64,000 nt of DNA, taken from the NCBI RefSeq assembly GCF_030144855.1, contig NC_082711.1, positions 89,280,001-89,344,000 of the forward strand, in the 5' to 3' direction. Shown here piece by piece: positions 1 to 12,490 of this stretch (position 1 is its first letter; every line of letters begins with the position of its first letter). The notes beneath the pieces were generated by a model. That model saw only the letters and a list, made by a program, of their open reading frames with translations, was not told the origin of the DNA and did not search any database. The DNA comes from Hypanus sabinus. Lineage: Eukaryota. The position numbers were made by a program, and so were the translations under genes.

Positions 1-1165
1 TGTGCTTAGTCTACTGTTCCACTTTCCATACTCAGATGACTATATACTTAACTATATAAAAATTTGCTGACAACACCACCGTTGTTGGACAAATCACATG
101 TGGTGTGGCATCCGTTAGTCTCGCAAGACCATGGATCTACGCCTGGAAAGTCTTGCTTCAGTTATCTTCAAGGCGCAGGCCTGGGCAAGGTTGTATAGAA
201 GACCGACAGTTGCCCATACTGCAAGTATCCCCTCTCCACGCCACTGATGTTGTCCAAGGGAAGGGCAAGGGCCGATACAGCTTGGCACCAGTGTGGTATT
301 ACACGTAGTAATGAGTCAGCAAACAGGAACTAGATGGGACACCTGATCAAATGATACCACAACAACCTCTCACTCAACATCAATAAAGCTGAATGAGTGA
401 TGCTGGTGCCAGGAAAGAGAAGGAGTACGAATATGCACCCATCTACATTTTGGGAAGGGTGGTGAAGATGGCTAGCTGCTTTAAATTCCTGGCCGTTATT
501 ATATCAAATGACATGCCCTGGGGCCAGCACATAAATGCAATCATAAGGAAGATATTGTGGTGCCTCTAACTTCTTAGAACATTAAGGAGGTTCAACATGT
601 CACTCTAAAACACCCTAAACAATTTTGTGTTGAAAGCATCATAACTGGTTCCATCATGGTTGCAAGAATGTAAGAGGCAGCAGACAGGGGTGGACTAGCC
701 TAATATATTCATCATGAGCACATCCCTCCCCACCATCAAAAGTATCTACATGAGGCTACACCTCGAGAAGGCAACATCTATCATCAAAGATCCACACTAT
801 CTGGTCCATGCAATCTTCTCACAGCTATTATCAGACAGGAGGTACAGAAGCCTGAAATCCCACACCACAAAGTTCAAAACCAATTACTTCCCTTCAACCA
901 TTTGGTTCTTAAACCAACTTGCACAATCCTAATCACTACCTACTAACTATATACAGCAGCAACAATATGACCACTTAGCACTACAAGACTTCCCTTTTTT
1001 AAATTCTAATTGTGCTCTTTCTGTATAATTTCTACAATTCATGTTTAATTTATGTTTCTTTTGTGAATGTTGTGACTCTAATTCTATCTAACTGTGACAC
1101 CACTACATGTAAGCTTTTCATTGCACCTATGCATACAAATACTTGAGATAATGACAATAAACTTG
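1..1165 (+). mobile_element. Degraded Rex1/Babar-type LINE 3' portion, interrupted by a SINE fragment at ~105-295
   Basis: KFADNTTVVG RT motif near 60-90; C-terminal 'HPxHxxFxxLxSxRRYRSL..TTKFKxNYFP' motif in ORF 714-932; AATAAA near 1156. Confidence 0.7.
105..295 (-). mobile_element. Partial copy of the SINE family also at 20866-21170 and 51921-52222
   Basis: Direct similarity, e.g. gatgttgtccaagggaagggcaagggccgatacagcttggcacc. Confidence 0.75.
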
Positions 1166-4100
1166 ACTTTGCTTTTGACTAACTAAAATTAAAATGAACT
1201 ATTGGCACATATTTCTCAGGCCTAACACATATTTATTCATTGCTGGTGTACACATTTTGCACAGAATGTACAAATAGCTTTTAATCTACATTCCTTGCTC
1301 TTTAGTTGCAATGAACTTTTAATCTGAAAACCAAGAATAAGTGTGGGTATGTTCTGATAAGACATTTTGAGAGGTGATCTGTCATAAGAGTTTATAATAA
1401 AAGCTGGAGCAGATACAGTGCAACTATTTTCTGTACTGTGTGGTACAGCGTGGCAAGAAGAGGAGAGGGATTCAGTACAAGACTTCAACTGGCCCATTTT
1501 AGACCATAAGACCATATAGTGCATTATCAGGGAGCAAACTTTCACACAAAGTGTAGAAATCTGGAACTTTTGTCCAAAGTGCTGAGTCAACTGAAATGAA
1601 AGTATTGAGCTGGGTTTTGCAGCAAGTATACTAATGGATATTGGTTTGGCATACAGTTCACCAGGGTTAAATCAGTTGTAACCAATGGACCTCTGACTCT
1701 GAGATTGAACATGTGCATGTTAACTGACTCAATAAAAAGTCAGAAACACCGCTAAAGTACCCCTTCCAAGCCTTCAGCACCTATTATCAAAGTCTGGCTT
1801 ACATTACATTAGAATTACATTAATGCTATTTCAAAAGATAGTGAAAATCAGTGTTGGTACAGTTGTAACGCTGATTTCTCTGTAATGAATATTTGCTCAA
1901 CCCGGCAAACAAAGTAAGCTCCAGAGCCGAGCCAGAAAAGGTGGCTGCCTTTGTTATTGTACCAACATCTACATCAAGATCTCCCAAGGCTGTAGAATGA
2001 TACTACTAAGGTTATAACAATGCCACTGAATTTAAGGCTTCAATAAATATCAGGATTTTATTGTAAATGGGTCACAGAAGAAAGCCATAAGTATTTGAGC
2101 ACTGTGTACGTCAGCATTATTGCATTAAAATGTTGTTCTCAGTTAGGATACTTCAGAGCCAGTTGGATGATTTGTAACCAAACATTCCATATTTAGGAGA
2201 AGCAATTGTTACAAAGATCTTTCACTCATGCATTCAGATGCGAATATAAATTAAAATGTGCAACCCCCTTCACTACTGCTATGAAAGGTCAATGCCGCCC
2301 TTAATAAAAAAAACACCAGTTTAACTTACAGAGAGGGATAGGTAAAACAATGGGATGAACTATGATGGGGTGAGGCAAGAGAAACTGCTGATGAAGGGGG
2401 GAGGGGGAAGGGGTAGAGGGATAGAGGGGAATTGGGGTAGAGGGGTAGCAGGGAAGAGAGTAGAGGGGAGGGACAGAGGAGAAGGGGGAGGGGAGGGGGA
2501 TAATATTTTAATTAGTTCCAGAAGTGGTCATCTTTGAACCTAAGTTGAATTTCATTATAATGGTGCGGAAGTCTCAGGAAGGTCAAAATGAGAGTGGGAT
2601 GGAGAACTGAAGTTGTAGAAACTGACAACCTGACATTTCCCAATCAAAGATATTCCCTTTGTCCTTTCCATTCCTTGTCCACCCTCTCTACAAGATAAAA
2701 CTGTTTCTCTCTTTCCCAGTTCTGATAAAGGTCTTCAATCTGGAACGTTAACTCTAATTTCTGACCTGCTAATTGTTTCAAGCATTTTCTGACGTGATTT
2801 TTTTCAACATCTCTTTATTGCTTTTTCAGAATGAAAACACATTAAATCATCCATAGGTTTGAAAGTGCAACGAAGTTAAAGAAAAGGGAAAAATAAAATA
2901 CATAAGAAATCAAAAGGAAAAAAAGACAAAAAAGCAAACACCCCACCATTAAAAAAAGCAGTCAATTCAGTTTATTACTTTCATCATCTTGAATATTGTT
3001 CTCCAGAAACTTGAGGAAAATATCCCAATTTTCCTGAAATTTGCCAAGTTTGTTTTTTGTAATGTAGCTTATCTTTTCTAGAGCAAGATAAGAAGTTATT
3101 CCTTTCAGCCATTGTGAAAGTCTACTGGTTGTTGGTTTCTTCCATAAATAGACTATGCAGTGTTTGGCTTCCAAAAAACAAATATTAAGCAGAGACCTTA
3201 CATTTTTGGAGGCTACAAAGTTCTTTGGATAAATGTTCAGAATACATAATTTAGGATCACGGGGCACCTTTTTTCCAATAACTTGACTAATCAAATCTAG
3301 CACCTTCTTCTAGAAGCAGATTAGCTGGGGGCACTCCCACATACAATGGAACAGAGACCCCCTTTTGGTGATTACACTTAATGCATGTGTCTGGAATGTT
3401 GGGGTTAAAGTGATGCAACCTGATTGGAGTAATGTACTGTCTGGTTATCCATTTGTATTGTAGTAATTTAGAATGAGTATTTACTGATTGGGTTTGAACT
3501 AAGGAACAAGCTTCTGACCACTCTTTTTCTGACAAATTCTCATGCAAATTAGTTCTCCATGCCTTTACTATGTTGTTAGATGACTCTTTACATTTACTTG
3601 CATTCAAATTGTATAATACAGACACATATCCCCTAGCTTCAGATAATTTCAGAGTGATGTCTTCTAGGGAAGATAAAGGAGGGAGCTTCAAACTGTAACC
3701 TTGCCCAGACATAATAAAACTTCTCAACTGAAGGTATTTAAAAAAGTGTTTGGTTGGAATTCCATATGTGGCCTTGAGTTCTTCAAATTACATAAATGTA
3801 TTGCCATTATAAAGATTAGACACCTTAGCTATGCCTCGGGTCGACCAAGTTTTAAAGCCAGGGTCTGCTCTGCCAGGCTGGAGCTATCATTACCAAAGAC
3901 AGGAGTGAACTGGGATAACTGTGATGCCTCTCCCAAAGACGCGAGAGTATCATGCCAAACCATTATTGTATTTCCTAAGAAGGGGTTTTTAGTTTGTTTG
4001 ACTAGTTTTTTTCTTATCTGCTGAAAATGTCTATGTATATATATAATTCTAGAGGGATATTGATTGACTGGGATTCCATTGAGACCCAAGTAAGGGAGTG

Positions 4101-4293
4101 ATCCTTAACAAAGTAAAACATTCCTTATCTAATTCGGGCCGCCCAGAAATACCATATAAAATTTGGTAACTGTAAGCCACCTCTATCATATGGCAGATAC
4201 AACAGGGAAAGCCTGAGTCTTGGACGTCTATTATCCCAGATGAAATCAGAAAAAAAAAATTCTTTAATAAATAAAAGAAAGAATATGGGGAGG

Positions 4294-4440
4294 GGGACAC
4301 ACGAGGAAATCTGCAAATGCTGGAAATTCAAGCAACACACACAGGACTCAGACAAAGGGTTTCGGCTGGAAACGTCGACAGCACTTCTCCCTATAGATGC
4401 TGCCTGGCTTGCTGCATTCCACCAGCATTTTGTGTGTGTT
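4294..4440. mobile_element. Short Penelope-derived terminal-repeat element inserted in the L1 RT
   Basis: Matches the arms of the 47427-48295 element (tctgcaaatgctgg...gaaacgtcgac...cagcattttgtgtgtgtt); imperfect flanking repeat atatggggagg/atatggagagg. Confidence 0.75.
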
Positions 4441-5531
4441 ATATGGAGAGGAAGTGGGATAGATTGGGAAAGGTACAGAAACTTCAGTAAAATTGATATG
4501 AGCAATTTTGTCCATCTGTTTATAAGCTGAATAACTGAGACTGTGAGAGGGTTATAATTAATTGGGATAATTTTATCAATAGTAGGAGTAATTTTAACAC
4601 CCAGATAAGTAAAACCCTGTTCTGACACCATAAACGGAGTTTGAAGTGGGGGATTGAGTCTCTCATCTTTATCCATGAATAATATTGCAGATTTGTTGTT
4701 GTTTATTTTATAGCCTGCAAAAGTACCAAAAGTACTTATCAAGTCAATTAAGGCAGGTAATGTTTGTTTCAAGTTGGAGCAAAACAAAATTACGTCATCT
4801 GCGTACAGGGCTATGCGATGTTCTATATCTCCTATAGAATATTCTTGCTATGTTAGCCTGTTTTCAAATTGCCATAGCAAGTGGCTCAATGGCCAGGATA
4901 AACAGGAGGGGAGACTTGTTCTTGTTCCCCTTTGGAGTTTGAAAGGTGCTGAAAAAAGCCCATTAGTTAAAATTTCAGCCTGTGGGTTAGAACAAAGCTG
5001 TATCAACCGTAGAAATTTTCCCCCTATACCAAATCTTCCTAAAACTTTAAATAATCACTGCCACTCCACTCCGTTGAAGGCTTTCTCGGCATCCAATGAC
5101 ATAAAGGTGCTATCAGAGCTTCCAGATTTTTCATAAAGTATACTAAGCACTCTTCAAATGTTGTGGAAGACCTGCCTTCCCTTAACAAATCCATTTTGGT
5201 CAGGATGGACCATTTTTGGCAAGAGTGGCTCCAGCCTCCTAGTTAATACCTTACAGAGAATTTTGAGATCATTGTTCAGAAGTGAGATTGGCCAATAAGA
5301 TCAACGTGGGGACAGTGGTTTTCCAGGTTTTAACAGTAGTGTAATTGCTGCCAGATTAAGGGGTGGGGGGAAGGGATCCAGTGTCAAATGACTCCTGATA
5401 TATATCAAGCAAAGAAGGTTTTAATTTGGTCTTAAAGATTTTACATATTTCAATCAGAATTCCTTCGGGCCCAGGAGTTTTCCCTCCCTTCATATTAGTT
5501 ATAGCTTCAGACAATTCCTTAGTCTCTAAGG

Positions 5532-7125
5532 CGGGGGTCGGCAACCCGCGGCTCCGGAGCCACATGTGGCTCTTTTACGTCTGTGCTGCGGCTCCCTGTT
5601 ACTTTGGGAAATAATTGGTTGTGGCGACCCTTTTCCTGGCACATCCGAACCGACTCACAATTAGATAGCCTACGGGGGTTTGCGAGCACAGAGCTTTGGA
5701 GCCTCTGCGCCATGGGGGGCAGGTTGAGGGAGGCTTAAAAGTGAGGCTGAAGATTTCGAATAAAGTTTTATCCTTCGACTGCAGTTACCGACTCCGTGTC
5801 GTAATTTTAGCGCTGCGTGTAGCACACCGCTACATGGTCAGTATTTAATTAAAATGTATTTTATGTTAGTTTGTTAGTTTTTGAAATGTAAATCTAAATT
5901 TGAAGATTATGGTGATCTTGTACAATCTAAATAAGATGTGTGGCGACCCATTTCCTGACACATCCGAACCGGCTCACAATTAGCCAGCGTTCAGGCTAAG
6001 GGAGATAGCCTACGGGGGTTTGTGAGTACGTGTCTTTTGCAGCATCCGCGCCCATGGGGGGCGGGTTGAGGGAGGCTTAAAAGCAAGGCTGTTTAGTTCG
6101 AATAAAGCTATCTTTGACTGCAGTTTACTGACTGCGTGTAGCAACCGCTACGTGTTTTTATCGCTGGCTGTCCAGAGGGGAGGTGCTGAAACGCTTTGTC
6201 GTGTGTCTGGAAGAAGTGAAAACTTTCCTGGGCAGCAAAGGGCTCAACTTTCCTGAACTGGAACAGCCAGAGTGGCTGGAAAAGCTACACTTCATGGTAG
6301 ACATGACAGCGCACCTGAACACGCTGAACACAGCTCTTCAACGGGGTAAGGACGTACAGCCCTGCACATGTTGGAGGATGTTTTGGCATTCGAGCGCAAG
6401 TTGACGTTGCTTGCCAGAGATTTACAGAAAGGCACATTGTCTCACTTGCCCAATTTGAGAGAGTTCAAACAATGTCACGACATGATAATTTCGGAGTATT
6501 TACATTCTGCAATCATCGCAATGCAAACATCGTTTGGGAAACGCTTCTGTGAGTTCAGAGAGGAAAAAAACACATTATCCTTCCCGGTCACTCCCCTAAG
6601 CATCGATCCATCCCTACTGAATACGACTGCATTGTCAGGTGTGAGTCAACCTGAACAACTATGATAAATATTTTAATTGCCTATTATTTTACGTATATTC
6701 ATATGTTTTCATTGTTCAGTGAAATAGTCCTTTTATTTTTCAGGCTGACAGCTGGCTGATGTTATTTTTGATTTGCTGCTGGCGGCAAATTTAAGTTTGG
6801 CGTTTTTCATAAATACAAGAAGGACTCAAATAGACGTTGAGTATTTTACTTAAAAGTAACCTTTAACCTAACGTCTTTTTTTCGGAGTTCAAAATGTTTC
6901 TGTTGCATGCAGAAATGTAATTTCGTTTTCTCTGCAGGAGTTCATCAATTTCATAAATGCAACACATTATAGTTTGTTTATACATAGCATAAAGGCAAAA
7001 CAAAACGTTGTATGCAGTGTTATTTCATTTTAAATGTCAAACGGGTTTTGCGGCTCCCAGTGTTTTCTTTTCTGTGGGAAACGGGTCCAAGTGGCTCTTT
7101 CAGTGGTAAAGGTTGCTGACCCCTG
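5532..7125 (+). mobile_element. Internally deleted hAT (Charlie/SPIN-group) DNA transposon inserted in the L1
   Basis: 15-bp TIRs cgggggtcggcaacc / ggttgctgacccctg; perfect 8-bp TSD ctctaagg (5524-5531 and 7126-7133); transposase fragment RWLSRGEVLKRF...WLEKLHFMVDMTAHLNTLN...AFERKL at ~6160-6660. Confidence 0.95.
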
Positions 7126-10077
7126 CTCTAAGGTAAACTTCAGCGAGGACAAGGACGTTTCATCCAGGGGTGTAAATTCTATCAAGTCGAGAAATTCCTT
7201 TTGTATTTGTGAAGCTGAATCTGGATATTCTGAACTATACAGATTGTGGTAAAATCTCAAAAAGATATTGTTTATTTCTTTTGGGTCGGCAGTTGTCACC
7301 CCCCTCATCTGATTGTGTGGAGTTTATTGCCCTTTCAGTTTGTACCTGTTTGATGCACCAGGCCAAGAGTTTACCAGCCTTTTCACCCTGCTCAAAATAG
7401 CATTGCTTCAGTCTCATCAAACTTTTTGTTGCCTTATTAATGGACAATACATTATACTTAGCTCTCAGTTTGTTAAGTTCTGCAAAGAGCTGCTGAGAGG
7501 GATTTTGAAATATTTCAGATTCAGTCTCTTTTATTCTTTTTTCAAGCTGTTCTATTTCCAAACTAAAAGATTATGTTTAAAGCTGGTAAAGCTGATCATC
7601 TGACCTCTTAGAAAGTCTTTAAAGGCTTCCCACCTTATAGCAGCAGATATCTGGTCCATATTATTTCCAAAATAGTAGTCTATCCGTTCTCCAATAAACT
7701 CAATAAATTCTGGATCCCTAAGCCAAATCGTCTGAAGCCGCCATCTTGGAGAGTAATGTAAAGCATTAGGCAGGTGCAAGATAAATGAAACTGGGGTGTG
7801 ATCTGAGATTATTATGCTATTGTACCAGCGGCTTATAATTGTGGATATTAAAGCAGCTGAAACTAAGTAATAATCAATTCTGGAAAAGGTCTGGCAAGTG
7901 CTAGAATAGCAGGAAAAAGTTTATCCGGGTACTTCCTTTTCCACACACCAGCTAAATTAAAGTCTTTAGCACATTGCAATAACTCTTTTCTTGTGTGATG
8001 GTGAAAGGTATCTATCCCATTAGATCTGTCTAGTTCAGGTTGAAGTGCACAATTGAAATCACCACCTAGAATAAATGGCCTGGCAGAGCAGCTAATGATA
8101 AAAACAGATGTCTGAAAAGAGCTGGATTGTTCCCATACGCATTGACCAAATTAAGCCTGACTGAGAAAATTTCACATTGAATAACAAGGTATCTGCCAGA
8201 TTGGTCTTCAGTAACATTAACAAGGTGGAAAGGCACCGACTTAAGTATAAGGGTAATTACCCCCACCCACCCCCGTGAGTGTGTTCTGAAAGAGGCTGAG
8301 AAAACCTGTCCCAGCCATCTCCTCCTTACTCTAACCACATCCTCGGGGTTAAATGGGTCTCCTGCAAAAAAACTATTTTGGCTTTTAACTGCCTTATCCA
8401 TCTCCTAACTTGCTTTAACTTGACAAGTTTATTTAATCCTCTTACATTCCAAGAGGTAAACTGAAGTTTGCAGGGCATAGGCTATTAGTTATAATTTCAA
8501 TCATGTTTAGCTGAATTGATTTAAAATGACTGCTAACTGAAATTACAACGTAACAAAAAAACAGTAAAAACCAGTAAATAGTAACTAGAACACTGTAAAC
8601 ATAACTTAGTGTACTCCCCGAACTTAAATACACCCACCCACCCTACGATGAACACCTCCTGACGGCCCCGAAAGCAAGCCTAATTATGGAGTTTAACTGG
8701 TCCTCCCACGCTGTCGTCACGGTGAGGAACAGCATGCTCAACAGCCAGAACAGAGCCCCAACATTATTAGTAGTAGAGAATATTACAATTGTAGTTACAG
8801 TGCCACTATTCAAGCAAAAGTCAAAAAACTGCTGTACTGTCCCACTTGCCCGCAGCCTCCAAGTTGTAGTCATTCAGCTCCTGCACAAATTTCTCCGCTG
8901 CCGGTACACTGTCAAAAGTGTGGCATTTTCTTTTGTAGGTCACCAGCAGTTCAGCAGGGTGAAGTATCCCATACTGTAGGTCCAGGATGGAAAAAGAGGC
9001 TAACTCTTTCTTCTCTGGTTCGGCAGAGACGTCAGGGAAAAACATGATTCTCTGATTGTTGAGACGTACAGGTTCTCTCAGCCTGGCACCCTTCATAACC
9101 CGGATCTTGTCCACATAGTTCAGTAGCTTCATTATCACTGCCCTGGGTCCCTTAGCCAACTGTGCTTCAACTTCGTTAGCCCTGCCACTTTTGTGGATTC
9201 TCTGTCAGCAGGGGCCCAGGGAAGTTTTCAGCAGCAAGCACCTCAGGGATCCATTTTTCCAAAAAAATAGACCATATCAGTCCCTTCCACCCTCTCCGGG
9301 AGACCCACCAGGCGAAGGTTAGAACAGTGGCTATGATTTTCCAAGTTGTCCACTTGAAGCGCTAATGCCTCCATAGCTGCTTTCATGGTTGTATTCTGAT
9401 TACGAAGAGAGGTGATGTCATCTTGATTAGTGCTCATTCTATCTTCGGCTTCTGTAATGCACACTGTGACAGCTTTCAGATCAGCTTGTACTCCTTGTAT
9501 AGCGTTTAGTAGCCCATCAAATCTCAACACAAAGTCATCTTCCATTGCTTGAATAGCATTTAGGATTTGGTTCGGACCTGCTGCCATGCTAGCATCTGTT
9601 GCCTCTTTATCACCAGCGTTGTCATTAGCTTGCACCGCATGGCTGCAGGTGAAGTCCAATTTCAAAAACTTTTGCATCTACTTTGTTGGTTTCGGTGGCA
9701 TTAAGGCTATCACTCAGTTTCCAATCAGACAAACTGGAGCTGTTCAGGTAATTCAAAGTTGTTTCTTTGAGTAATTTCAAAGCTTTTCGGAGGAACTCTG
9801 ACCCACGTCTGCTCAGTCTTTATTGACAAAAAGCATATACAGTCAAAGCAGGTAGGTGAAATTAAGACACAGAAATGCTGTGAATAGCAGAACAGGTTCA
9901 AAGGACTACCACTGGTGAAATCAAGGGTTATGTTAATTGCATAGGAAAATAGATGCCAAAAAGCTCTATGATTTTATTGAATGACAGATCAGGCTTGATA
10001 TGCTGTGCACCCTATACCTGCCAGTATTTCTTATGTTTATATGTTCTGGTACTTGTTCTAGATAATTTATCAGTGAG

Positions 10078-10990
10078 TACAGTGGATTCTGGTTAGTTAG
10101 GACACATTAGGAACAGTACATTTGGCCCAATTAACCAAAGTTTCATAGAAGTAGTTAAAAAGGCATAAAAAAGACGAGTAACTGAGTAACAAGTTATGTA
10201 TTTAAATGAAATAAAGAACAAATTAGAACACTAACAACGTTACTACAGTACTATAAAACTGTGTATTAGTTCCTAATTGTTATCGACAAAGGAATTCATC
10301 CAGTGAGGACTGCAGTGTATGGGGTATCCTGGGAGGGGCAGCACCTCCTACGAAGAGCTGGTCATGTCCATTCCGGGGCAGCTCTCTCACGTTTGGTTCC
10401 CACCAGACACTCAGTTCTCACCTGTGGCACCAAGTAGCTACTTGTATGCGACAGTGACCACACCCCAGTACATCGCTTCAGCAGGCAGGATAAAACAGCC
10501 GAGTGTAACCAGCAGACCTCATTGCTGGTGAAATAGAAACATGCCTGTCCTAGCATTTAAAGTCAATTCTGGCATACTGGGCAGATGAGGTTAACAGTGA
10601 GATCCAAAGGCCCAAAAGGGAGTTGTACAATGCTTCATGGAGAGCAAAAGGCATGATGAAGCATAGAAGAAGCCATGGTTATGTACTGCAACCAAGGAAA
10701 ACCCCAGTCTATGACAGCTGCTCATACCACTGGGCCTGGACTTCCAAGGTTGCGAGTGGAACTGTCCCAGTGCAATGCCTTTTCCATTTTAAAAATGAAC
10801 ATTAGCATAGTCACATAATGTAGATAATGGACTGCCTTCATATAACATTTTCAATGATTGCATCCTCCAAATCTTCATTTTCATTGTAACATTCAAAGTG
10901 ATTGATGATACCTTCAAATTCTGAACTGAATTGTCTCCATTCACATTCCTCCAACAAGCACAGCAGTCCAGGATTACATGCAAGAACATT
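10078..10990. mobile_element. Probable Tigger/pogo-like remnant with a further repeat inserted (~10320-10790)
   Basis: TA-CAGTGGATTCTGGTTA terminus at 10078; acidic C-terminal-like remnant on - strand near 10840-10960; degraded. Confidence 0.4.
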
Positions 10991-10999
10991 CAAACATGG

Positions 11000-11770
11000 G
11001 CTGATTAATGAGAGGTAAATTCGGTGCCACAAGAATGCCAAGCAGGCATAATCTCCAAAAAGGGTGTTCATCCAGACCATCCTTAATGTTGAATGTCATT
11101 ACCATGGCTGATTTCATCACCATCAATATCTGATTCATCACCAATGATCAGAAACATATCTGGGCTAGATATATTAATACTATTGCTGTTTGAAGCAGTT
11201 CAAGGGCTGGGTATTCTACTGTGAGTGCCTCTCATCCACACCCAAAACTTTTCCACCATTTACAAGGCACAAGCCAGCAATGGGATAGAATACACTACAC
11301 TTGCCTGGATAAGTGTAGCTTCAAAACACATTGAAGTCTTGACATCAGTCAGGATAAAGCAACTCACCCAGTAATCTAAGTACTAACTCCCTCTGCTACC
11401 AATACACAGCAATTGTGTATCATCCATAAAATGTACAATTACTTCATTAAGTTACCCCAACAGCACCTTCCAAATCAGCGTATTCCGCCACTAAAAAGAA
11501 TGACAACAGATACCAGAAGTACCCCCTACCCACGCCATTAGGTTACCTTCCAAGTCATACATCATTCTAATTGGAAATAAACTGTTGTTCATTCATCAAT
11601 ACTAGATCTAAGTCCTGGAACTCCCTCCCAAGAGTGTATCAGAGTATTTTCATCCACAGAAGTGTAGCAGATCCAGACGACGGCTTTGCAAGAACTTAAG
11701 GGTAGTTATGAATAGTCATGAAGACCTTAAGAGTAGCAATATGTACAACTTAATAAAACAAATAAATAAA
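11000..11770 (+). mobile_element. Old LINE 3' fragment (CR1/L2 group)
   Basis: Degenerate TIYKAQ..xEY..LAW...LD..QDKA motif near 11255-11360; related copy at ~46370-46620. Confidence 0.55.
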
Positions 11771-12074
11771 TAGGTCAAACAATGCTAACTTGCCAACAAT
11801 CCTATCACTGCCACTCAACTTGGATACCAAGAACCTCATCTTGCTCCAGACCTTTTTCTGAAACAGACATAAGAATTGAATTCCAGCAGTAGATGAAAAT
11901 TACTTCCCTACATTTCAAGACTTATATAGCACATAAGTAAAACAGCTCATTCAACTGACACCCAAATCACCTCCTTAAAAATGCAATCACTCCACTATTC
12001 ATGCACTGTGGCTGAAGGGTGCGTCTTCCACAAGACACCTTTTTGACAACACCACCCAGACTTACAAATTCTCC

Positions 12075-12490
12075 CAGTTGGAGCATAGAAGGTTGAGGGG
12101 GGACTTGATAGAGGTATTTAAAATTATGAGGGGGATAGATAGAGTTGACGTGGATAGGCTCTTTCCATTGAGAATAGGGGAGATTCAAACAAGAGGACAT
12201 GAGTTGAGTTAAGGGGCAAAAGTTTAGGGGTAACATGAGGGGCAGCTTCTTTACTCAGAGGTTGGTAGCTGTGTGGAATAAGCTTCCAGCAGAAGTGTTA
12301 GAGGCAGGTTTGATTTTGTCATTTAAAAAAAAAATTGAATAGGTATATGGACAGGAAAGGAATGGAGGGTTATGGGCTGAGTGCAGGTCAGTGGGACAAG
12401 GTGAGAGTAAGCGTTCAGCACGGACTAGAAAGGCCGAGATGGCCTGTTTCCATGCTGTAATTGTTATATGGTTACATATGGTTATATGGA
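12075..12490 (+). mobile_element. CR1 LINE 3' end
   Basis: RLRGDLIEVFKIMRGIDRVD...FFTQR motif followed by a CR1-type 3' UTR and short tandem tail (atatggtt)n. Confidence 0.85.

Larger units (their letters stand above)
2797..9815 (-). mobile_element. Near full-length, frameshifted L1-clade LINE (ORF1 + APE/RT ORF2) with two nested insertions
   Basis: ORF1 motifs NLRLVGLPE (9243-9677) and PRAVIMKLL...IMFFPDVS (8821-9159); endonuclease start SWNVRGLN near 8440; EQGEKAGKLLA; KTPGPEG; ALYADDVILF near 4790; C-terminal CxxC...HC; AATAAA and poly(A) on - strand near 2797-2820. Confidence 0.93.

Noticed and set aside
1840-2000. Short minus-strand open stretch considered as exon 2 of the secreted-protein gene
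   Set aside because: No recognisable similarity and unconvincing splice signals
2355-2537. Gly-rich ORF / G-rich tract
   Set aside because: Low-complexity purine tract, probably a decayed repeat
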